Below are positions 38,524-52,974 of a stretch of 64,000 bases of DNA, in pieces (position 1 is the stretch's first letter; every line of letters starts with the position of its first letter). Under the pieces are notes generated by a model. It made no database searches and was not told the origin of the DNA. It saw only the letters and a program-made list of their open reading frames with translations. The translations under genes and the position numbers were made by a program. This stretch comes from Eledone cirrhosa (lineage: Eukaryota): assembly GCA_964016885.1 (NCBI GenBank), contig OZ024740.1, positions 431,582,001-431,646,000 of the forward strand, read 5' to 3'.

Positions 38524-41500
38524 ATTATATATAGGAGAGGACTTATCTTACCATTGGTTAGTATGATATATAGGCGAGGACTTATCTTACCAGTTGTTAG
38601 TATTATATATAGGAGAGGACGTATCTTACCTGTTGTTAGTATTATATATAGGAGAGGAATTATCTTACCGGTGGTTACTATTATATATAGGAGAGGTCTA
38701 TCTTACCAGTTGTTAGTATTATAGATAGGAGAGGATTTACCGTACCTTTGGTTAGTATTATATATAGGAGAGGACTATCTTACCAGTTGTTAGTATTATA
38801 TATAGGAGGGAGAGGACTTATCTTACCATTGGTTAGTATTATATATAGGAGAGGACATATCTTACCATTGGTTATTATTATATATAGGAGGGGACTTATC
38901 TTACCAGTTGTTAGTATTATATATAGGAGAGGACTTACCTTACCAGTTGTTAGTGTAATATATAGGAGAGGACTTATCTTACTATTGGTTAGTATTATAT
39001 ATAGGAGAGGAGTTATCCTACCAGTTGTTAGTATTATACATAGGAGAGGACTTATCTTACCAGTTGTTAGTATTATATATAGGAGAGGACTTATCTTACC
39101 ATTGGTTAGTATTATATATAGGAGGGGACTTATCTTACCAGTTGTTAGTATAATATATAGGAGAGGACTTATCTTACCATTGGTTAGTATTATATATAGG
39201 AGAGGACTTATCTTACCATTGGTTAGTATTATATATAGGAGGGGACTTATCTTACCAGTTGTTAGTATTATATATAGGAGAGGGCTTATCTTACCATTAG
39301 TTAGTATTATATATAGGAGAGGATTTACCGTACCATTGGTTAGTATTATAAATAGGAGAGGTCTTATCTTACAAGTTGTTAGTAATATATATATAGGAGA
39401 GGACTTATTTTACATTGGTTAGTATTATATATAGGCGAGGACGTATCTTACCAGTTGTTAGAATTATATATAGGAGAGGACTTATTTACCAGTGGTTAGT
39501 ATTATATATAGGAGAGGACTTATCTTACCAGTTGTTAGTATTATATATAGGAGAGGATTTATCTTACCAGTTGTTAGTATAATATATAGGAGAAGACTTA
39601 TCTTACCATTGGTTAGTATTATATATAGGAGAGGAGTTATCCTACCAGTTGTTAGTATTATATATAGGAGAGGACTTATTTTACATTGGTTAGTATTATA
39701 TATAGGAGAGGACTTATCTTACCAGTGGTTACTGTTATATATAGGAGAGGACTATCTTACCAGTTGTTAGTATTATAAATAGGAGAGGATTTTGAGTACC
39801 ATTCGTTAGTATTATATATAGGAGAGGACTTATCTTACCATTGGTTAGTATTATATATAGGAGGGGACTTATGTTACCAGTTATTATATTATATATAGGA
39901 GAGGACTTATCTTACCATTTGTTAGTATTATATATAGGAGAGGACTTATCTTACCATTGGTTAGCATTATATATAGGAGAGGATTTACCGTACCATTGCT
40001 TAGTATTATATATAGGAGGGGACTTATCTTACCAGTTGTTAGTATTATATATAGGAGAGGACTTATCTTACCATTGGTTAGTATTATATGTAGGAGGGGA
40101 CTTATCTTACCAGTTGTTAGTATTATATATAGGAGAGGACTATCTTACCAGTTGTTAGTATTATATATAGGAGAGGATTTACCGTACTATTGCTTAGTAT
40201 TATATATAGGAGGGCACTTATCTTACCAGTTGTTAGTATTATGTATAGGAGAGGACTTATCTTACCAGTTGTTAGTATAATATATAGGAGAGGACTTATC
40301 TTACCGTTGGTTAGTATTATATATAGGAGAGGAGTTATCCTACCAGTTGTTAGTATTATATATAGGGGAGGACTTATCTTACCATTGGTTAGTATTATAT
40401 ATAGGAGGGAACACATCTTACCAGTTGTTTGTGTTATATATAGGAGAGGACTTATCTTACCATTGGTTAGTATTATATATAGGAGGGGTCTTATCTTACC
40501 AGTTGTTAGTATATTATATAGGAGAGAACTTATCTTAATATTGGTTAGTATTATATATATGAGAGGATTTACCGTACCATTGATTAGTATTATATATTGG
40601 AGAGGATTACCTTACCATTGGTTAGTATTATATAGAGGAGAGGACTTATCCTACCATTTGTTATTATTATATATAGGAGGGGACTTATCTTACCAGTTGT
40701 TAGTATTATATATAGGAGAGGACTTATCTTACCATTGGTTAGTATTATATATAGGAGAGGACTTATCTTACCATTGGTTAGTATTATATATAGGAGGGGT
40801 CTTATCTTACCAGTTGTTAGTATTATATATAGGAGAGGACTTATTTACCAGTGGTTAGTATTATATATAGGAGAGGACTATCTTACCAGTTGTTAGTATT
40901 ATATATAGGAGAGGACTTATCTTACCATTGGTTAGTATTATATATAGGAGAGGACTTATCTTACCATTGGTTAGTATTATATATAGGAGGGGTCTTATCT
41001 TACCAGTTGTTAGTATATTATATAGGAGAGAACTTATCTTAATATTGGTTAGTATTATATATATGAGAGGATTTACCGTACCATTGATTAGTATTATATA
41101 TTGGAGAGGATTACCTTACCATTGGTTAGTATTATATAGAGGAGAGGACTTATCCTACCATTTGTTATTATTATATATAGGAGGGGACTTATCTTACCAG
41201 TTGTTAGTATTATATATAGGAGAGGACTTATCTTACCATTGGTTAGTATTATATATAGGAGAGGACTTATCTTACCATTGGTTAGTATTATATATAGGAG
41301 GGGTCTTATCTTACCAGTTGTTAGTATTATATATAGGAGAGGGCTTATCTTAGCATTAGTTAGTATTAGATATAGAAGAGGATTTACCGTACCATTGGTT
41401 AGTATTATATATAGGAGAGGTCTTATCTTACAAGTTGTTAGTAATATATATAGGAGAGGACTTATTTTACATTGGTTAGTATTATATATAGGCGAGGACG

Positions 41501-42344
41501 TATCTTACCAGTTGTTAGTATTATATATAGGAGAGGACTTATTTACCAGTGGTTAGTATTATATATAGGAGAGGACTATCTTACCAGTTAGAATAATATA
41601 TAGGAGAGGACTTATCTTACCATTGGTTAGTCTTATATATAGGAGAGGAGTTATCCTAGCAGTTGTTAGTATTATATATAGGAGAGGACTTATCTTACCA
41701 GTTGTTAGTATTATATATAGGAGAGGACTTATCTTACCATTGGTTAGTATTATATATAGGATTGGACTTATCTTACCAGTTGTTAGTATTATATATAGGA
41801 GAGGACGTATCTGACCAGTTGTTAGTATTATATATAGGAGAGGACTTATCTTACCAGTGGTTACTATTATATATAGGAGAGGACTATCTTACCAGTTGTT
41901 AGTATTATAGAGAGGAGAGGATTTACCGTACCTTTGGTTAGTATTATATATAGTAGAGGACTTATCTTACCATTGGTTAGTATTATATATAGGAGGGGAC
42001 TTATGTTACCAGTTGTTATATTATATATAGGAGTGGACTTATCTTACCATTTGTTAGTATTATATATAGGAGAGGACTTATCTTACCATTGGTTAGTATT
42101 ATATCTAGGAGGGGACTTATCTTACCAGTTGTTAGTATTATATATAGGAGAGGGCTATCTTACCAGTTGTTAGTATTATATACAGGAGAGAATTTGCCGT
42201 ACCATTGGTTAGTATTATATATAGGAGAGGAGTTATCGTACCAGTTGTTAGTATTATATATAGGAGAGGACTTATTTTACATTGGTTAGTATTATATATA
42301 GGCGAGGACGTATCTTACCAGTTGTTAGTATTATATATAGGAGA

Positions 42345-42677
42345 GATTTCTTTATTAGCCACAAGGGCGCAACAAGAAAGGGGACAATACAAAGACATGC
42401 CGGGGATTTTACATACAGTCGTTTAAAAAATATAAAAACAAACAATTTCAACAATCGAAATCCCCAATAGGGGGTAGGCGCCACAAATGGGTTGTTTAAT
42501 ACCCCGTCGATAGAACAACCCTCAACTCAAGGAGCGTGTTGTGCAAGTGCTCCTTTCTTTCTTTTGCTCTCTTCCTCAACCTACAGGCTTATAAACGGAG
42601 AAGGCCCAATCACTCGGGCCATTTTCGCTTCATTCACCCACCTTTCAGTAAATTTACTGGGGTGCAGTGCCTCTCTC
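42345..42677 (-). mobile_element. ~330-bp 3' fragment of the same L1/Tx1 LINE, independent insertion
   Basis: Matches 27632-~27964 with at least 3 substitutions. Different flanks and different truncation point. Confidence 0.93.
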
Positions 42678-43565
42678 CGTATCTTACCAGTTGTTAGTAT
42701 TATATATAGGAGAGGACTTATCTTACCAGTTGTTAGTAAAATATATAGGAGAGGACTTACGTTACCATTGGTTAGTATTATATATAGAAGAGGAGTTATC
42801 CTACCAGTTGTTAGTATTATATATAGGAGAGGACTTATCTTACCAGTTGTTAGTATTACATACAGGAGAGGATTTACCGTACCATTGCTTAGTATTATAT
42901 ATAGGAGGGGAATTATCTTACCAGTTGTTAGTATTATATATAGGAGAGGACTTATCTTACCAGTTGTTAGTATAATATATAGGCGAGGACTTATCTTACC
43001 AGTTGTTAGTATTATACATAGGAGAGGATTTACCTTACCATTGGTTAGTGTTATACATAGGAGAGGACTTATCTTACCATTGGTTAGTATTATATATAGG
43101 AGGGGACTTATGTTACCAGTTGTTATATTATATATAGGAGAGGACTTATGTTACCAGTTGTTATATTATATATAGGAGAGGACTTATCTTACCATTTGTT
43201 AGTATTATATATAGGAGAGGACTTATCTTACCATTGGTTAGTATTATATATAGGAGAGGACTTATCTTACCATTGGTCAGTATTATATATAGGAGGGGAC
43301 TTATCTTACCAGTTGTTAGTATTATATATAGGAGAGGACTTATTTACCAGTTGTTAGTATTATATATAGGAGAGGACTTATCTTACCATTGGTTAGTATT
43401 ATATATAGGAGGGGACTTATCTTACCAGTTGTTAGTATAATATATAGGAGAGGACTAATCTTACCATTGGTTAGTATTATATATAGGAGAGGACTTATCT
43501 TACCATTGGTTAGTATTATATATAGGCGGGTACTTATCTTACCAGTTGTTAATATTATACATACA

Positions 43566-43753
43566 AGGGCGGTGAATTGGCAGTATCGGTAGAGGGTTGG
43601 ACGCCATGCTTTGACGCATAAAGTTACGGCCCTTGCCATTCTGAGTTCAAATCCCGCCGAGGTTAACTTTGCCTTTCATCCTTATGGGGTCGATAAAATA
43701 AAGTAGCAGTAATGTACTGGATAATTGCTGGCCTTGTGTCAAAAGTAGAAACA
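43566..43753 (+). mobile_element. Full-length tRNA-derived SINE, diverged variant, 15-bp TSD
   Basis: A/B boxes present. TSD AATATTATACATACA at 43551-43565 and 43754-43768. Confidence 0.92.
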
Positions 43754-46700
43754 AATATTATACATACATAGGAGAGGGCTTATCTTACAATTAGTTAGTA
43801 TTATATATAGGAGAGGATTTACCGTACCATTGGTTAGTATTATATATAGGAGTTATCCAACCAGTTGTTAGTTTTATATATAGGAGAGGACTTATTTTAC
43901 ATTGGTTAGTATTATATATAGGCTAGGACTTATCTTACCAGTTGTTCGTATTATAGATAGGAGAGGATTTAACGTACCATTGGTTAGTATTATATATAGG
44001 AGAGGACTTATCTTACCATTGGTTAGTATTATATATAGGAGGGGACTTATGTTACCAGTTGTTATATTATATATAGGAGAGGACTTATCTTACCATTTGT
44101 TAGTATTATATATAGGATAGGACTTATCTTACCATTGGTTAGTATTATATATAGGAGAGGACTTATCTTACCATTGGTGAGTATTATATATAGGAGGGGA
44201 CTTATCTTACAAGTTGTTAGTATTATATATAGGAGAGGACTATCTTACCAGTTGTTAGTATTATATATAGGAGAGGATTTACCGTACCATTGCTTATTAT
44301 TATATATAGGAGGGGACTTATGTTACCAGTTGTTATATTATATATAGGAGAGTTTTAACCGTACCATTGGTTAGTATTGTATATAGGAGAGGTCTTATCT
44401 TACCAGTTGTTAGTAATATATATAGGAGAGGACTTATTTTACATTGGTTAGTATTATATATAGGAGTGGACTTATCTTACCAGTTGTTAGTATTATATAT
44501 AGTAGAGGACTTATCTTACCATTGTTTAGTATTATATATAGTAGGGGACTTATGTTACCAGTTGTTATATTATATATAGGAGAGGACTTATCTTACCATT
44601 TGTTAGTATTATATATAGGAGAGGACTTATCTTACCATTGGTTAGTATTATATCTAGGAGGGACATATCTTACTAGTTGTTAGTATTATATATAGGAGAG
44701 GACTATCTTACCAGTTGTTAGTATTATATACAGGAGAGGATTTACCGTACCATTGGTTAGTATTATATATAGGAGAGGAGTTATCCTACCAGTTGTTAGT
44801 ATTATATGTAGGAGAGGACTTATTTTACATTGGTTAGTATTATATATCGGAGAGAAGTATCTTACCAGTTGTTAGTATTATATATAGGAGAGGACTTATC
44901 TTACCAGTGGTTACTATTATATATAGGAGAGGACTATCTTACCAGTTGTTAGTATTATAGATAGATGATTTACCGTACCATTGGTTAGTATTATATATAG
45001 GAGAGGACTTATCGTACCATTGGTTAGTATTATATATAGGAGGGGACTTATCTTACCAGTTGTTATATTATATATAGGAGAGGACTTATCTTACCAGTTG
45101 TTAGTATTATATATAGGAGAGGATTTATCCTACCATTGGTTAGTATTATATATAGGAGAGGACTTATCTTACCATTGGTTAGTATTATATATAGGAGGGG
45201 ACTTATCTTACCAGTTGTTAGTATTATATATAGGAGAGGACTATCTTACCAGTTGTTAGTATTATATATAGGAGAGGATTTACCGTACCATTGCTTAGTA
45301 TTATATATAGGAGGGGACTTATCTTACCAGTTGTTAGTATTATATATAGGACAGGACTTATCTTACCATTCGTTAGTATTATATATAGGAGAGGACTTAT
45401 CTTACCATTGGTTAGTATTATATATATGATGGGACTTATCTTACCAGTTGTTAGTATTATATATAGGAGAGGGCTTATCTTACCAGTTGTTAGTATTATA
45501 AATAGGAGAGGATTTACCGTACCATTGGTTAGTATTACATATAGGAGAGGACTTATCTTACCATTGGATAGTATTATATATAGGAGAGGACTTATCTTAC
45601 CATTGGTTAGTATTATATATAGAAGGGGACTTATCTTACCAGTTGTTAGTATGTTTTATAGGAGAGGACTTATCTTAATATTGGTTAGTATTATATATAG
45701 GAGAGGATTTATCGTACCATTGATTAGTATTATATATTGGAGAGGAGTTACCTTACCAGTTGTTAGTATAATATATAGGACAGGACTTATCTTACCATTC
45801 TTTAGTATTATATATAGGAGAGGACATATTTTACATTGGTTAGTATTATATATAGGCGAGGACGTATCTTACCAGTTGTTAGTATTATATATAGGAGAGG
45901 ACTTATTTACCAGTGGTTAGTATTATATATAGGAGAGGACTATCTTACCAGTTGTTAGTATTATATATAGGAGAGGATTTACCGTACTATTGCTTAGTAT
46001 TATATATAGGAGGGGACTTATCTTACCAGTTGTTAGTATTATATATAGGAGAGGACTTATCTTACCAGTTGTTAGTATAATATATAGGAGAGGACTTATC
46101 TTACCATTGGTTAGTATTATATATAGGAGAGGAGTTATCCTACCAGTTGTTAGTATTATATATAGGAGAGGACTTATCTTACCAGTTGTTAGTATATATA
46201 TAGGAGAGGACTTATCTTAAAAGTGGTTAGTATTATATATAGGAGTGGACTTATCTTACCAGTTGTTAGTATAATATATAGGACAGGACTTATCTTACCA
46301 TTCGTTAGTATTATATATAGGAGAGGACTTATCTTACCATTGGTTAGTATTATATGTAGGAGGGGACTTATCTTACCAGTTGTTAGTATTATATATAGGA
46401 GAGGACTTATCTTACCATTGGTTAGTATTATATATAGGAGAGGAGTTATCCTACCAGTTGTTAGTGTTATATATAGGGGACGTCTTATCTTACCAGTTGT
46501 TAGTAATATATATAGGAGAGGACTTATTTTACATTGGTTAGTATTATATATAGGGGAGGACTTATCTTACCAGTTGTTAGTATTATATATAGGAGAGGAC
46601 GTATCCTATCAGTTGTTAGTATTATATATAGGAGAGGACTTATATTACCATTTGTTAGTATTATATATAGGAGAGGACTATCTTACCAGTTGTTAGTATT

Positions 46701-49700
46701 ATATATATAGGAGAGGATTTACCGTACCATTGCTTAGTATTATATATAGGAGGGGACTTATCTTACCAGTTGTTATATTATATATAGGAGAGGACTTATC
46801 TTACCATTTGTTAGTATTATATATAGGAGAGGACTTATCTTACCATTGGATAGTATTATATATAGGAGAGGACTTATCTTACCATTGGTTAGTATTATAT
46901 ATAGAAGGGGACTTATCTTACCAGTTGTTAGTATGTTATATAGGAGAGGACTTATCTTAATATTGGTTAGTATTATATATAGGAGAGGATTTACCGTACC
47001 ATTGATTAGTATTATATATTGGAGAAGAGTTACCTTACCATTGGTTAGTATTATATAGAGGAGAGGACTTATCCTACCATTGGTTAGTATTATATATAAG
47101 AGGGGACTTATCTTACCAGTTATTAGTATAATATATAGGAGAGGACTTATCTTACCATTGGTTAGTATTATATATAAGAGAGGACTTATCTTACCATTGG
47201 TTAGTATTATATAGAGGAGAGGACTTATCTTACCAGTTGTTAGTATTATATATAGGAGAAAACGTATCTTACCATTAGTTAGTATTATATATGAGAGGAT
47301 TTACCGTACCATTGGTTAGTATTATATATAGGAGAGGTCTTATCTTACCAGTTGTTAGTAATATATATAGGAGAGGACTTATTTTACATTGGTTAGTATT
47401 ATATATAGGAGAGGTCTTATCTTACCAGTTGTTAGTATTATATATAGGAGAGGACGTATCTTACCAGTTGTTAGTATTATATATAGGAGAGGATTTACCG
47501 TACCATTGATTAGTATTATATATAGGAGGGGACTTATGTTACCAGTTGTTATATTATATATAGGAGAGGACTTATCTTACCAATTGCTAGTATTATATAT
47601 AGGAGAGGACTTATCTTACCATTGGTTAGTATTATATATAGGAGATGAGTTATCCTACCAGTTGTTAGTATTATATATAGGAGAGGACTTATCTTACTAT
47701 TGGTTAGTATTATATATAGGAGGGGACTTATCTTACCAGTTGTTAGTATAATATATAGGAGAGGACTTAACTTACCAGTGGTTACTATTATATATAGGAG
47801 AGGACTATCTTACCAGTTGTTAGTATTATATATAGGAGAGGATTTACCGTACCATTGGTTAGTATTTTATATAGGAGAGGTCTTATCTTACCAGTTGTTA
47901 GTAATATATATAGGAGAGGACTTATTTTACATTGGTTAGTATTATATATATGCGAGGACGTATCTTACCAGTTGTTTGTATTATATATAGGAGAGGACTT
48001 ATCTTACCAGTGGTTAGTATTATATATAGGAGAGGACTTATCTTACCAGTTGTTAGTATTATATATAGGAGGGGACTTATCTTACCATTGGTTAGTATTA
48101 TATATAGGAGAGGACTTACTTACCAGTGGTTAGTATTATATATAGGAGAGGACTATCTTACCAGTTGTTAGTATTATATATAGAGGATTTACCGTACCAT
48201 TGCTTAGTATTATATATAGGAGGGGAATTATCTTACCATTTGTTAGTATTATATATAGGAGAGTACTTATCTTACCATTGGTTAGTATTATATATAGGAG
48301 AGGACTTATCTTACCATTGGATAGTATTATATATAGGAGAGGACTTATCTTACCATTGGTTAGTATTATATATGAGGGGACTTATCTTACCATTGGTTAG
48401 TATTATATATAGGCGAGGACTTATCTTACCAGTTGTTACTATTATATATAGGAGAGGATTTACCGTACCATTGGTTAGTATTATATATAGGAGTGGACTT
48501 ATCTTACCATTGGTTAGTATTATATATAAGAGGGGACTTATCTTACCATTTGTTAGTAGTATATACAGGAGAGGATTTACGGTAACATTGGTTAGTATTA
48601 TATATAGAAGGGGACTTATCTTACCAGTTGTTAGTATTATATATACGAGAGGACTTATCTTACCAGTTGTTAGTATTATATATAGGAGAGGACTTATCTT
48701 ACCAGTTGTTAGTATTATATATAGGAGAGGACTTATCTTACCAGTTGTTAGTATAATATATAGGAGAGGACTTACTGACCAGTGGTTAGTATTATATATA
48801 GGAGAGGACTATCTTACCAGTTGTTAGTATTATATGTAGGAGAGGATTTACCGTACCATTGCTTAGTATTATATATAGGAGGGGAATTATCTTACCATTT
48901 GTTAGTATTATATATAGGAGAGGACTTATCTTACCATTGGTTAGTATTATATATAGGAGAGGACTTATCTTACCATTGGATAGTATTATATATAGGAGAG
49001 GACTTATCTTACCCTTGGTTAGTATTATATATAGGAGGGGACTTATCTTACCAGTTGTTAGTATTATATATAGGAGAAGACTTATCTTACCATTAGTTAG
49101 TATTATATATAGGAGAGGATTTACCGTACCATTGGTTAGTATTATATCTAGGAGGGGACTATCTTTCCAGTTGTTAGTATTATATACAGGAGAGGATTTA
49201 CCATACCATTGCTTAGTGTTATATATAGGAGAGGATTTACGGTAACATTGGTTAGTATTATATATAGAAGGGGACTTATCTTACCAGTTGTTAGTAATAT
49301 ATATGGGAGAGGATTATCTTCCCAGTTGTTAGTATAATATATAGGAGAGGGCGTACCTTACCATTGGTTAGTATTATATATAGCAGAGGAGTTATCCTAC
49401 CAGTTGTTAGTATTATATATAGGAGAGGACTTATCTTACCAGTTGTTAGTATTATATATAGGAGGGGGCTTATCTTACCAGTTGTTAGTATTATATATAG
49501 GAGAGGACTTAACTTTCCATTTGTTAGTATTATATATAGGAGAGGACTTATCTTACCATTGGTTAGTATTATATATAGGAGAGGACTTATCTTACCATTG
49601 GTTAGTATTATATATAGGAGGGGACTTATCTTACCAGTTGTTAGTATAATATATAGGAGAGGACTTATCTTACCATTGGTTAGTATTATATATAGGAGAG

Positions 49701-51388
49701 GACTTATCTTACCATTGGTTAGTATTATATATAGGAGAGGGCTTATCTTACCATTAGTTAGTATTATATATAGGAGAGTATTTACCGTACCAGTTGTTAG
49801 TATTATATATAGGAGAGGGCTTATCTTACCATTAGTTAGTATTATATATAGGAGAGGATTTACCGTACCATTGGTTATTATTATATATAGGAGAGGTCTT
49901 ATCTTACAAGTTGTTAGTAATATATATAGGAGAGGACTTATTTTACAATGGTTAGTATTATATATAGGCGAGGACGTATCTTACCAGTTGTTAGTATTAT
50001 ATATAGGAGAGGATTTACCGTACCATTGCTTAGTATTATATATAGGAGGGGACTTATCTTACCAGTTGTTAGTATTATATATAGGAGAGGACTTATCTTA
50101 CCAGTTGTTAGTATAATATATAGGAGAGGACTTGTCTTACCAGTTGTTAGTATTATATATTGGAGAGGACGTATCTCACCAGCTGTTAGTATTATATATA
50201 GGAGAGGACTTATCTTACCAGTGGTTACTATTATATATAGGAGAGGACTATCTTACCAGTTGTTAGTATTATATATAGGAGCGGACTTATAGTACCATTG
50301 GTTAGTATTATATATAGTAGAGGACTTATCTTACCATTGGTTATTATTATATATAGGAGGGGACTTATCTTACCAGTTGTTAGTATTATATATAGGAGAG
50401 GACTTATCTTACCAGTTGTTAGTGTAATATATAGGAGAGGACTTATCTTACCATTGGTTAGTATAATATATAGGAGAGGAGTTATCCTACCAGTTGTTAG
50501 TATTATACATAAGAGAGGACTTATCTTACCAGTTGTTAGAATTATATATAGGAGAGGACTTATCTTACCATTGGATAGTATTATATATAGAAGGGGACTT
50601 ATCTTACCAGTTGTTAGTATAATATATAGGGGAGGACTTATCTTACCATTGGTTAGTATTATATATAGGAGAGGACTTATCTTACCATTGGTTAGTATTA
50701 TATATAGGAGAGAACTTATCTTACCAGTTGTTAGTATAATATATAGGAGAGGATTTGTCTTACCATTGGTTAGTATTATATATAGGAGAGGACTTATCTT
50801 ACCATTGGTTATATTATATATAGGAGGGGACTTATCTTACCAGTTGTTAGTATTATATATAGGAGAGGACTATCTTACCAGTTGTTAGTATTATATACAG
50901 GAGAGGATTTACCGTACCATTGCTTAGTATTAAATATAGGAGGGGACTTATCTTACCAGTTGTTAGTATTATATATGGGAGAGGACTTATCTTACCAGTT
51001 GTCAGTATAATATATAGGAGAGGACGTACCTTACCATTGGTTAGTATTATATATAGCAGAGGAGTTATCCTACCAGTTGTTAGTATTATATATAGGAGAG
51101 GACTTATCTTACCAGTTGTTAGTATTATATATAGGAGAGGACTTATAGTACCATTGGTTAGTATTATATATAGGAGGGGACTTATCTTACCAGTTGTTAG
51201 TATTATATATAGGAGAGGACTTAACTTTCCATTTGTTAGTATTATATATAGGAGAGGACTTATCTTACCATTGGTTAGTATTATATATAGGAGGGGACTT
51301 ATCTTACCAGTTGTTAGTATATTATATAGGAGAGGAATTACCGTACCATTGATTAGTATTATATATTGGACAGGACTTACCTTACCAA

Positions 51389-51560
51389 GGCGGTGGATTG
51401 GCAGTATCGGTAGAGGGTCGGACGCCATGCTTACCAGCATAGTTACATCCCTTTACGATCTGAGTTCAAATCCCGCCGAGGTTGACTTTGCCTTTCATCC
51501 TTACGGGGTCGATAAAATAAAGTACCAGTAATTGCTGGCCTTGTGCCTAAAGTAGAAACA
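51389..51560 (+). mobile_element. SINE, duplicate of 26086-26257
   Basis: Same flanks and same 12-bp deletion, offset 25303. Confidence 0.9.
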
Positions 51561-52974
51561 AGTATATTATATAGGAGAGGACTTATCTTAATATTGGTTG
51601 GTATTATATATAGGAGAGGATTTACCGTACCATTGATTAGTATTATATATTGGAGAGGACTTACCTTACCATTGGTTAGTATTATATAGAGGAGAGGACT
51701 TATCCTACCATTTGTTAGTATTATATATAGGAAGGGACTTATCTTACCAGTTGTTAGTATTATATATAGGAGCGGACTTATCTTACCATTGGTTAGTATT
51801 ATATATAGGAGAGGACTTATCTTACCATTGGTTAGTATTATATATAGGAAGGGAGTTATCTTACGAGTTGTTAGTATTATATATAGGAGAGGGCTTATCT
51901 TAGCATTAGTTAGTATTATATATAGAAGAGGATTTACCGTACCATTGGTTAGTATAATATATAGGAGAGGTCTTATCTTACAAGTTGTTAGTAATATATA
52001 TAGGAGAGGACTTATTTTACATTGGTTAGTATGATATATCGGAGAGGACGTATCTTACCAGTTGTTAGTATTATATATAGGAGAGGACTTATTTACCAGT
52101 GGTTAGTATTATATATAGGAGAGGACTATCTTACCAGTTGTTAGTATTATAGATAGGAGAGGATTTACCGTACCTTTGGTTAGTATTATATATAGTAGAG
52201 GACTTATCTTACCATTGGTTAGTATTATATATAGGAGGGGACTTATGTTACCAGTTGTTATATTATATATAGGAGAGGACTATCTTACCAGTTGTTAGTA
52301 TTATATACAGGAGAGGAGTTGCCGTACCATTGGTTAGTATTATATATAGGAGAGGAGTTATCGTACCAGTTGTTAGTATTATACATAGGAGAGGACTTAT
52401 TTTACATTGGTGTGTATTATATATATAGGCGAGGACGTATCTTACCAGTTGTTAGTATTATATATAGGAGAGGACGTATCTTACCAGTTGTTAGTATTAT
52501 ATATAGGAGAGGACTTATCTTACCAGTTGTTAGTAAAATATATAGGAGAGGACTTACCTTACCATTGGTTAGTATTATATATAGCAGAGGAGTTATCCTA
52601 CCAGTTGTTAGTATTATATATAGGAGAGGACTTATCTTACCAGTTGTTAGTATTATATATAGGAGAGGACTTATCTTACCATTGGTTAGTATTATATATA
52701 GGAGGGGACTTATCTTACCAGTTGTTAGTATTATATATAGGAGAGGACTTAACTTTCCATTTGTTAGTATTATATATAGGAGAGGACTTATCTTACCAGT
52801 TGTTAGTATTATATATAGGAGAGGACTTATCTTACCATTGGTTAGTATTATATATAGGAGGGGACTTATCTTACCAGTTGTTAGTATATTATATAGGAGA
52901 GGACTTATCTTAATATTGGTAAGTATTATATATAGGAGAGGATTTACCGTACAATTGATTAGTATTATATATTG

